Below, piece after piece: positions 19,010 through 25,952 of a stretch of DNA of 27,867 nt. How positions within the stretch are numbered: position 1 is the first letter of the stretch; the number at the start of each line of letters is the position of its first letter. The position numbers and the translations under genes are program-made. The notes beneath the pieces were generated by a model. That model was not told the DNA's origin. It was given only the letters and a program-made list of their open reading frames with translations, and did no database searches. The stretch comes from a virus (Duplodnaviria; Caudoviricetes): positions 1 through 27,867 of IMG/VR virus record IMGVR_UViG_3300040985_001232; one strand, written 5' to 3'.

Positions 19010-19288
19010 CTAGCTATAGATTATTCCTGTAGCTTCGCACTTTTCGCATTGTTCTGGTTCTGCAACTTGGTCTGGTACTGGATAATTACAGCATCCACCA
19101 TATTCATTTAAGTTGCCACAACATCTAGGCTCTATCCTTACACCTACTATAATACCATCACCGCCACAATCAGGACAAACCGATACTGATAACATCGTAT
19201 ATCTATCCATGCTTGGATTTTTGGTATTCGAATCTTTAGTTGTTTTCATCATCTTTAGTTGTTTCCATTTTGGAAATATGTGATTCAT
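19010..19288 (-). CDS. Cys-rich DnaJ-type zinc-finger protein (cassette gene; start probably ATG 19252/19249)
   Basis: CPDCGGDG...CC...CC...CEKCEATG. Confidence 0.7.
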   Translation of the reverse strand: MNHIFPKWKQLKMMKTTKDSNTKNPSMDRYTMLSVSVCPDCGGDGIIVGVRIEPRCCGNLNEYGGCCNYPVPDQVAEPEQCEKCEATGIIYS

Positions 19289-19314
19289 GCACGTATGATA
19301 TACAGGAGTTGTAG
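19187..19314 (+). mobile_element. attC-like site 1 (128 bp)
   Basis: TGATAAC-atc-GTATATCTATCCATGC...GCACGTATGATATAC-agga-GTTGTAG. Confidence 0.7.
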
Positions 19315-19321
19315 ATAATGC

Positions 19322-19594
19322 TTAATCTTCTATGTATTCTTTTACTATGTACAGTAACATATCCAAAGGGCAGTTATCACAATCCGCTACGCCATTTACA
19401 GAAAGTCTGTGTCTATAACGTAAACCTCTAATAGTATTATAACTTTCGTATAGTTCGCCATCTTCAACCCAAAAATGGCTATGCTTTTCGTCTTTCCATA
19501 AAGCACTATCAACAACATTGTGTATAGTGCATTGCTTGTTTTCTTCCATTTCTCTAAGATTTCTAATTAACATTTTTACGTTTCCTTTTTTCAT
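19322..19594 (-). CDS. Hypothetical protein (cassette gene)
   Basis: 90 aa; starts inside the site 2 loop. Confidence 0.65.
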   Translation of the reverse strand: MKKGNVKMLIRNLREMEENKQCTIHNVVDSALWKDEKHSHFWVEDGELYESYNTIRGLRYRHRLSVNGVADCDNCPLDMLLYIVKEYIED

Positions 19595-19643
19595 AATTAT
19601 TTGCTTTAAGTCGCAACGACACCATACACAGCGAGCGTTAGGT
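19510..19643 (+). mobile_element. attC-like site 2 (134 bp)
   Basis: CAACAAC-at-TGTGTATAGTGCATTGC...GCAACGACACCATACACA-gcgagc-GTTAGGT. Confidence 0.7.
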
Positions 19644-19668
19644 GTAATTAAATAAAAAGCGTCCGTGC

Positions 19669-20313
19669 TTAAAATAAAGTTAGTTGCTTCTTATACTCAT
19701 TATAGGCTTTTACACCATTATCAAAGTAAGTTTTATCTATCTCAATAATATCTAAATCAAACCCTTCCATATCACAGGCAATAGCATTTGTAAAACTACC
19801 ACCGTGAGTATCTATAATCTTATTGCCTTTTTCCGCATAGTTTTCTAATAACCATCTATACAAATCAATAGGTTTTTGTGTTGGGTGTATTCTTATTGTA
19901 GGTTTTCCAACACCTTGTATATTGCCTTTAAAACCATACCTATTACCATCCCACATATATTTAAAAATCTTTGCATTTCTATCAAAAGAAGTCCAAGCCA
20001 TTTCACAGTCTGCGTAAGTATCAGAGTGGTTTAATTTATCCCAATTTATAAAGCATCTTGTGTTTTGTAAATGCTCAATAAAATAGTTTCCACCCCAAAT
20101 TATTTGGTTTTTACTTACTCTTTGTAATTCAACAAAGTATTCTTTTGGTGGTATTTCATTATCCCATTCTTTTTTAGAGCCATTCACAAGCCTTTTATTT
20201 TTAGTAACACCTATCCCGTATGGTGGGTCAACTATCGCAAGGTCATAGTAATTATCGGGTTTAGTTTTCATAAACTCTATATTATCTTTGTTGTAAAAAT
20301 TTATTTCTGTCAT
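19669..20313 (-). CDS. Orphan DNA N6-adenine/N4-cytosine methyltransferase, beta class (cassette gene)
   Basis: 'IVDPPYG' catalytic motif precedes 'HPTQKP' and SAM-binding 'IIDTHGGS'. Confidence 0.92.
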   Translation of the reverse strand: MTEINFYNKDNIEFMKTKPDNYYDLAIVDPPYGIGVTKNKRLVNGSKKEWDNEIPPKEYFVELQRVSKNQIIWGGNYFIEHLQNTRCFINWDKLNHSDTYADCEMAWTSFDRNAKIFKYMWDGNRYGFKGNIQGVGKPTIRIHPTQKPIDLYRWLLENYAEKGNKIIDTHGGSFTNAIACDMEGFDLDIIEIDKTYFDNGVKAYNEYKKQLTLF

Positions 20314-20336
20314 ATCTAATCTTTTTATTTAAAAAC

Positions 20337-20396
20337 ACATAACACCGTATAAAATCCATTGCGAAAAGCAACGTATCTTATACAAGTACGTTAGCC
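20337..20396 (+). mobile_element. attC-like site 3 (60 bp)
   Basis: ACATAAC-acc-GTATAAAATCCATTGC-gaaaa-GCAACGTATCTTATAC-aagtac-GTTAGCC. Confidence 0.8.
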
Positions 20397-20582
20397 ACAA
20401 TTAATTGATTTTAAGGTTATGTCTACTAATTTGGTTATTTTCTCTCTATCTCCATCGTGTATATTAATTAAGTCAAACGCTTCAATTAACAGTTCACGTT
20501 GTTGGCTAACACCAGATAAAATTAATGCTTTCGCTTCTTCTTGTCTTTTAGCTAAATCTATTGAGTGTTCTTTTGCGTCCAT
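20391..20582 (-). CDS. Hypothetical protein (cassette gene)
   Basis: 63 aa; starts in the site 4 loop; TAA stop lies inside the core box of site 3. Confidence 0.65.
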   Translation of the reverse strand: MDAKEHSIDLAKRQEEAKALILSGVSQQRELLIEAFDLINIHDGDREKITKLVDITLKSINCG

Positions 20583-20633
20583 TGTTTTTTGTATTTTAAT
20601 TAATTCGCACTATTCTTATCTTAACCGTTATGA
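20504..20633 (+). mobile_element. attC-like site 4 (130 bp)
   Basis: GGCTAAC-acc-AGATAAAATTAATGC...GCACTATTCTTATCT-taacc-GTTATGA. Confidence 0.7.
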
Positions 20634-20942
20634 TTCATTCATTATAGATTCTAATTCCTCCCATCCCTTTTTACCTGCGTTTCTACACATCATAAATTCA
20701 TACTTAGATACTTCATCCATATAAGTGAATAGTCTAGGAGATGTATTATCCCAGCAGCAACCATTCTCCCTGCCTTTTAATATATGTTCTGTTCTAGTTG
20801 TTTTAAACTTGTCTCTATTCTTTTTTACAAAATCATCTACGGTCTCCCTATTAGACGAAATCATAACATCAGATAAATTTAATTGCCTGTTATACTGATC
20901 GACAATCTCTAATGCTTTTAAATATTCTTCTCTTGTTATCAT
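20628..20942 (-). CDS. Protein with RNA polymerase alpha-CTD-like domain (cassette gene)
   Basis: 'TRTEHILK...YMDEVSKYEFMMCRNAGKKGWEELESIM' resembles the alpha-CTD pattern 'R..N.LK...L...ELL..RN.GKKSL.EI'. Confidence 0.55.
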   Translation of the reverse strand: MITREEYLKALEIVDQYNRQLNLSDVMISSNRETVDDFVKKNRDKFKTTRTEHILKGRENGCCWDNTSPRLFTYMDEVSKYEFMMCRNAGKKGWEELESIMNES

Positions 20943-20987
20943 AGTTTTGTTTTTTTAATGGCAACTAATCTTATCTAGGCGTTAGGA
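20861..20987 (+). mobile_element. attC-like site 5 (127 bp)
   Basis: TCATAAC-atc-AGATAAATTTAATTGC...GCAACTAATCTTATCT-aggc-GTTAGGA. Confidence 0.7.
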
Positions 20988-20997
20988 ATAATATATA

Positions 20998-21055
20998 ATA
21001 CCTTATCGGGTATAATATACGTTAATGTATTGTTTCTCATACCTATTAGGGTATA
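20998..21055. repeat. Two 17-bp quasi-palindromic direct repeats
   Basis: ATACCTTATCGGGTATA (20998-21014) and ATACCTATTAGGGTATA (21039-21055). Confidence 0.6.
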
Positions 21056-21103
21056 GTTAATTAAAAAATGGGTCTATACTATTTCTTAACCCATTGAAGC
21101 TTT

Positions 21104-21577
21104 CTAATACAAAACTCTTCTTTTACCAAGTTTTATAAATCCTACCATTGATTTAGATATATTATATTTTTTACTTAAATCTTTTTGAGTTAAAACACAA
21201 TTACTTCTAATCTCTAAAACCTCCTTTTCAGATAACTTCATTTTCTGTAACCCGTTTTTATAAGAGTGTATTGTGTTTTCAGACTGATTACACCACTCTA
21301 AATTAATTAGTCTATTATCTGATTTTATTCCATTCTTATGATTAACCTGGCTTTTGTTTTTAGGATTATCCAAAAAAGATAAAGCCACTAATCTATGAAC
21401 CTTTAAGTCCTTTCTACTCCCGTTTAAGTACAAAGCTGAAACATTATATCCTTTACCATTGTTTCTAAATTTAAGTAAAGTAATTTTGTTTTTTTTAATA
21501 CTCTTAACCCTACCCAAACTACTAACCTTGTAATTTCCTTCATACCCTTGTATGTCTTTCCAAATTTCAGTTTCCAT
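21104..21577 (-). CDS. NUMOD4-HNH homing endonuclease
   Basis: 'EIWKDIQGYEGNYKVSSLGRVKS', 'VHRLVA..F', 'VNHKNG.KSDN...NLEW...EN..H', C-terminal HTH. Confidence 0.92.
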   Translation of the reverse strand: METEIWKDIQGYEGNYKVSSLGRVKSIKKNKITLLKFRNNGKGYNVSALYLNGSRKDLKVHRLVALSFLDNPKNKSQVNHKNGIKSDNRLINLEWCNQSENTIHSYKNGLQKMKLSEKEVLEIRSNCVLTQKDLSKKYNISKSMVGFIKLGKRRVLY

Positions 21578-21587
21578 GTTAATTATT

Positions 21588-22772
21588 TTAAAAAATGTGA
21601 GTTATCCTAGATACTTGCCCATGTTCTGGATGGTGTATAAATGCTTCTACTGCTTTTGGAGAATGTTGAAAGCCTTTTCTGTGATGCCATCCATCAGCTC
21701 CGCTTGGACTTCTTAGTGTTTCTATACATACTGAAAAAACATCTCTTGAAGTCTTATGATGAATATGATGCCCATAAATATATCTATGCTTACATTCGTG
21801 CCAAAATTCGCTTGCTTCTTCTGCCATTAATCCATGCAACTTATCAACCTTTGCCCCGTCCATATGAGTTGATCCTATTAGATTATTTCCGTATGTAGAG
21901 TATTTTCTATGCCTCATATCATTATCAAATGTAACTTGTTTACAATTATGAAACCAACTAGATATTGAATCTAATAGCATAAACCCATGAGTAAAATCAT
22001 GATTACTAGGATTATAAACTACCTCTACATTTGCTATCGTTAATAAAGTTTCTATTATCTCAACTAGTAACCTCTTAGCCATCATAAAGTTATCATACCA
22101 CATACCATCAGTATCTTGATGGGTTCCGCTTGTAGTTGTAGAATTAGCATTATCTACGTGCAATATATCATTCCCAGCTATGAAAATTATTTTATCAATA
22201 TTAAATCCACTAGCTTTTGCTATAATTCCACTTAAACCTTTCTTAACTCTTTGTACTGCTATTTGACTATTATAGTTTTCTCCTGTTTCAAAACTACTAC
22301 ATATTTTACCTATGTGAATATCGGCAGCATCAAAGACTAAACAATGTGGGTCTTCTAATTTAACCCTAACAAACTTAGGATATTTGAATGAATACTCTTT
22401 AACCTCTTTTATAAAAACATCGTACAATTCTTTGACATCTATATCCTTTGGCTTCTTCTTAGCATATCTTACCCATTGTTGACTAGTTGAAGGTGCATTA
22501 GTAATGCCAATCACTTCTAGTCCTTCGGGGATTTCTATAGGCTCACTCTGTAGCTTTTCAACGGTAGAGACTATCTCTCCATCCTTTCCTAATTTCTTTT
22601 GAGTTTCTACAAACTTTCTTTCGTTAGGTGTTATTCTATTAAATTCTATGGTTTCCCATTGCTCGTCTGTAACGTAGTATAATGCTGTTTTCCTACCAAC
22701 TATATTAGGCTTTATTTCAAGTCCTAATAAATCAGCTTCATAAGCTTTTAATCTTTTTCTAATTTTAGTCAT
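21588..22772 (-). CDS. Calcineurin-like metallophosphoesterase
   Basis: 'ADIHIG', 'GNDILH', 'PSNHD', 'THMD', 'GHHIHH'. Confidence 0.8.
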   Translation of the reverse strand: MTKIRKRLKAYEADLLGLEIKPNIVGRKTALYYVTDEQWETIEFNRITPNERKFVETQKKLGKDGEIVSTVEKLQSEPIEIPEGLEVIGITNAPSTSQQWVRYAKKKPKDIDVKELYDVFIKEVKEYSFKYPKFVRVKLEDPHCLVFDAADIHIGKICSSFETGENYNSQIAVQRVKKGLSGIIAKASGFNIDKIIFIAGNDILHVDNANSTTTSGTHQDTDGMWYDNFMMAKRLLVEIIETLLTIANVEVVYNPSNHDFTHGFMLLDSISSWFHNCKQVTFDNDMRHRKYSTYGNNLIGSTHMDGAKVDKLHGLMAEEASEFWHECKHRYIYGHHIHHKTSRDVFSVCIETLRSPSGADGWHHRKGFQHSPKAVEAFIHHPEHGQVSRITHIF

Positions 22773-22782
22773 AGTTTTTAGT

Positions 22783-23850
22783 TTAAAAAGGAGTATCTAA
22801 TATTTCTCCTTTTTGTTCTTCAAAATTGTTTTCTGCTTGTGGAAATTTACTTTCGTCTTTTTCTCTAAGACCTACCTTTTTTAATGGTGCTAAAGGACAA
22901 AAATTATAATCATCATAAAAACCATGAAAATCATATTGTTTAGTCCATTCTAATTTAGGTGGATTATTTAAGTCTGTTGGTGAGCCTCCTGTTTTAGTGT
23001 CCTTAACTTTTCTAACATGGAACTCACTAGTTCTATTTCTGGATGAATCTTGAACGTATCTATGAAAAGTCATAAACTCATCAGCTCTATTAAACCACTT
23101 ACCACCACCTTCTGTATCTGCTGGGTTTGGAGGTATTGGATAACCATCTGAATCTGTTTTTCTTAATGCCTCCGTTACTGCGTGCATATTTACCCAAAAA
23201 GTCATATTATGTTTCTTACCAAACTTACGCATCCTTTTAGCATTACTATAATGTAGGTCATGTATAGATAATCTCCTATCCATATTAGCAATATCTAAAT
23301 CAACAGCATTGTATGGATCAATTAAGACACCTTGAAATTTACCTTTATTACTCATTATCTTTTCGGTAACATCTAGCAAATTAGTTAAATTTTCCTCCAT
23401 ATCCATATCTTCATCTATTTCTATTATTTCAAAGGTATCGTAAACATCTTTTAAAGTTTCTTCAAATACCTTACTGTCAATGAACTTTGCTAATCTTCCA
23501 CAAATAAATTCAACTAATTGAACTCTTATATCAGCACTTACATTTTCAGCGCAGAACATAATCCATCTCCAACCATATAACCTGTAAGAGATAACCATTA
23601 GATACCACACTCCAAAAGATTTTCCAACATTAGCGTGACCGTTTATGATTACTAGATTGCCCAACTTAAATCTAAAATGTCTGTCTAAATCTTTATAGCC
23701 TGTTATAAGTCCTTGCGGTAGCCTACCCTCTTTTGAAAGAGTTATTCTTTCTAGTTCATCATCTATAGTGCTTGTTAATCCCTTTAATGGGTCTTCAATA
23801 CTAAAGACGTTTTCTCTTTCTTTGTTTTTTAAAAATTCAGATAGATTCAT
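22783..23850 (-). CDS. DnaB-like (SF4) replicative helicase, ATPase domain
   Basis: 'TGYKDLD', Walker A GHANVGKS, 'LIDPYN', 'RKVK'. Confidence 0.85.
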   Translation of the reverse strand: MNLSEFLKNKERENVFSIEDPLKGLTSTIDDELERITLSKEGRLPQGLITGYKDLDRHFRFKLGNLVIINGHANVGKSFGVWYLMVISYRLYGWRWIMFCAENVSADIRVQLVEFICGRLAKFIDSKVFEETLKDVYDTFEIIEIDEDMDMEENLTNLLDVTEKIMSNKGKFQGVLIDPYNAVDLDIANMDRRLSIHDLHYSNAKRMRKFGKKHNMTFWVNMHAVTEALRKTDSDGYPIPPNPADTEGGGKWFNRADEFMTFHRYVQDSSRNRTSEFHVRKVKDTKTGGSPTDLNNPPKLEWTKQYDFHGFYDDYNFCPLAPLKKVGLREKDESKFPQAENNFEEQKGEILDTPF

Positions 23851-23875
23851 TTATAGTTTTTTTAGTTCAAAATTT

Positions 23876-23940
23876 AGCTAACATTCGCTAAAAAGTAACC
23901 CTTCGGGTCGCTAAAGCTTACTTTTAGCTCAACGTTAGCC
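23876..23940 (+). mobile_element. Solitary attC-like site 6 (65 bp)
   Basis: AGCTAAC-attc-GCTAAAAAGTAA-cccttcgggtcgctaaagc-TTACTTTTAGC-tcaac-GTTAGCC; one extra base in the left arm. Confidence 0.75.
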
Positions 23941-24450
23941 AATAATCGTTTTAGTTAATTTAATTCTTTTATTTCTCCATGAAATGTAGGAGTTGATTCT
24001 ATTAGTTGTGTTGCTACTTGCTTGTCTACCTAAGTAATCTAAAATATTATCTCCTACCACAAATATATCTTCTTTTATAATGCCACTATTTATTTCATCT
24101 AGTAAACTCGATTCTAAGACGTTTTTACTGTCAAGTGATAGATTCACTAGCAAACTACTCAAAGTACTCTTAAATCGAATCTCTAATAGGTACAAAGCGT
24201 ATTTATGTAAGTTGTGGTAGGCAGACAAAACTAATACCTCATCCATTAGCTGAATATTTCTGTTTTTACATTGTTGAAGTAAACTTAAAAACACATCTGG
24301 TTTACATTCTGATTTTTGAATCAATTTGTAATAATCTCTGTAGGGTTTATCTGGATAGTTTGTAAAATCTTCTGCTTCTAAGAATGAAACTTTCTTATAT
24401 TGATTTTCTCCAACTATACTACCTATTATCATTCCTTGTAGTTCTTTCAT
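23935..24450 (-). CDS. Possible stand-alone DnaB N-terminal-like domain protein
   Basis: 'QGMIIGSIV...LEAEDF.....Y..YYKLI' resembles the DnaB N-terminus; sits between initiator and helicase. Confidence 0.45.
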   Translation of the reverse strand: MKELQGMIIGSIVGENQYKKVSFLEAEDFTNYPDKPYRDYYKLIQKSECKPDVFLSLLQQCKNRNIQLMDEVLVLSAYHNLHKYALYLLEIRFKSTLSSLLVNLSLDSKNVLESSLLDEINSGIIKEDIFVVGDNILDYLGRQASSNTTNRINSYISWRNKRIKLTKTIIG

Positions 24451-25175
24451 GAGTTATACATTTCTTCCATTGATATACCACCCTTGCCTTTACCTTTTTC
24501 TTCTTCTAGTTTTGTAATACTTGCATTACTCCACATTTCTAATTTATCTGCCCTAGTTATAAACTCAGGAGTTAAATATTTATACCCTTTATCCTTGTGA
24601 TATTGATCTTTAGATATAGCTTGAAATGCGTGTTTAAAATTATCTCCTGTATATCCATCTTTTATCCTTTCATGTAATTGTCTTTTTACCTTTAAGTTAA
24701 GTTTATACTTACCAGAACCTTTTAAATTATCCATAGAAAAATTAAACCAATCAATAAACCAAACTTCTATTTCTTTCTTCTTTTCATTCTTTACTTCTTG
24801 TTTGTGGTCAAGTGGCTGGTCGTTCGTTGGACTTTTGGCTGGTCGTTCTGCTGGTCGGTCAGCCTCGCTATTTTGGTATAAATCGTAGTTTATTATGGTT
24901 ATTAGGCTGTTTTTGTTGGTCGTTTCGCTGGTCACTTCGTTGGTCGCTAGTAATTTATCTAAAGCTGTTCTTACTTGTCTTTCAGATAGACCCGTTTCAC
25001 TACTTAACTTATATCTTCCTGTTATTAATTGACCTCTTTTAACAAGTTGCCCTCTATGAGTATTATTTTTATGATTAGCTTTTAACACAAGGTGCATAAA
25101 TAGTTTGAAAGTATTTATATCTGTGTACCATTCCCATTCAGTTAATCTTCTATGTATTTTAATCCAACCTTCCAT
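24447..25175 (-). CDS. Phage replication initiator/replisome organiser
   Basis: 'MEGWIKIHRRLTEWEWY', 'KRGQ..T....LS.ETGLS.RQVRTAL' winged helix, repeat-coded linker, C-terminal 'YLTPEFITR..KLE'. Confidence 0.85.
   Translation of the reverse strand: MEGWIKIHRRLTEWEWYTDINTFKLFMHLVLKANHKNNTHRGQLVKRGQLITGRYKLSSETGLSERQVRTALDKLLATNEVTSETTNKNSLITIINYDLYQNSEADRPAERPAKSPTNDQPLDHKQEVKNEKKKEIEVWFIDWFNFSMDNLKGSGKYKLNLKVKRQLHERIKDGYTGDNFKHAFQAISKDQYHKDKGYKYLTPEFITRADKLEMWSNASITKLEEEKGKGKGGISMEEMYNS
24803..24948. repeat. Iteron-like repeats, probable replication origin
   Basis: GYTGGTCRBT units at 24815, 24838, 24850, 24915, 24927 and 24939, with degenerate copies at 24803 and 24826; about 12-bp period. 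Confidence 0.75.
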
Positions 25176-25179
25176 AAAT

Positions 25180-25257
25180 AAAAAAAGGATTAACCCTCCG
25201 CTCTCGCCAGCTTCGGGTAATCCTTTATATTTCTTCGTTAATATTTGGTAGAGCGAG
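25180..25257 (-). promoter_or_regulatory. Structured leader: terminator-like hairpin with competing or pseudoknot pairing
   Basis: AAAGGAUUACCC/GGGUUAAUCCUUU stem plus U7 just before the initiator ATG; upstream CGCUCUACCA is complementary to UGGCGAGAGCG in the loop. Confidence 0.55.
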
Positions 25258-25290
25258 TACCATTAACTTTATGTAAGTTATACAACTTAT

Positions 25291-25584
25291 TTATAAATCA
25301 CTACATTTTTTATCGTTTTTTCCCATCCATAAATGATTATCCCAAAAGTTAACAGGAAAATTATCACAATTATACTTGTTTATAAAATCGTTAGCCTCCC
25401 ACCAGCTACAACCTATTGAGTAATTTGTTTTATTATTTCTAACAGCAAATACTTTATATTCATTGTATTTGGAATAATCTTTTAAATATATTTCTGGGTT
25501 GTTTGCTATGTAACATTCGTCGGTTATTCTCCATTCTTCTTCCTGGCATGATACCAATAGTAAAATTAATATTAAATATTTAAT
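25291..25584 (-). CDS. Lipoprotein with ATT (mutated or non-canonical) start
   Basis: In-frame extension upstream of the TTG at 25557 gives (I)KYLILILLLVS-CQEEE, a complete lipoprotein signal peptide. Confidence 0.55.
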   Translation of the reverse strand: MKYLILILLLVSCQEEEWRITDECYIANNPEIYLKDYSKYNEYKVFAVRNNKTNYSIGCSWWEANDFINKYNCDNFPVNFWDNHLWMGKNDKKCSDL

Positions 25585-25952
25585 AGTAGTTTGTTTTTAA
25601 AGTGTTCGATTAATTGTTCTGTTTTTATTCTGTAATATTCTTTAAATTCTTCATGTGTAGGTTCTCTTTTTAACTCCTGTTCTTGAATCTTCCATAGTAC
25701 GTTTCTAATGCGTTGTGATTGACTTTTTTTATTGTCATATATGTCAAGGTCAATAGAATCTAAATCGTTTAGCTCAACGTCTTTAAATTGGCTGTCACCT
25801 TCTTTTATTGCTAAAATACAATCCTTTTGAAAAAGTCTATCTAAGTTTAAATATTCTTCACTAGTTTGCTCCATTGCAGTAGTGAAAGTTATACTTACTG
25901 ATTTATCTGCTTTTCTTGAAAGCCTGTTTAATGTTGTTAGTTTAATTATCAT
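25572..25952 (-). CDS. Hypothetical phage protein
   Basis: 126 aa; 'KSQSQRIRNVLW...F.EYY'; ATGA overlap with the upstream gene. Confidence 0.7.
   Translation of the reverse strand: MIIKLTTLNRLSRKADKSVSITFTTAMEQTSEEYLNLDRLFQKDCILAIKEGDSQFKDVELNDLDSIDLDIYDNKKSQSQRIRNVLWKIQEQELKREPTHEEFKEYYRIKTEQLIEHFKNKLLLNI

Larger units (their letters stand above)
18979..21090. mobile_element. Array of attC-like gene cassettes without an integrase in the window (CALIN-like)
   Basis: Five AAC...inverted arms...GTT palindromes of 60-134 bp plus two terminal half-sites; the ends of each intervening segment are complementary. Confidence 0.75.

Noticed and set aside
18979-21090. CRISPR array or simple terminators as the explanation of the repeats
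   Set aside because: The units are not identical direct repeats with uniform spacers, they mostly lack U-tracts, and neither idea explains the cross-site end complementarity.
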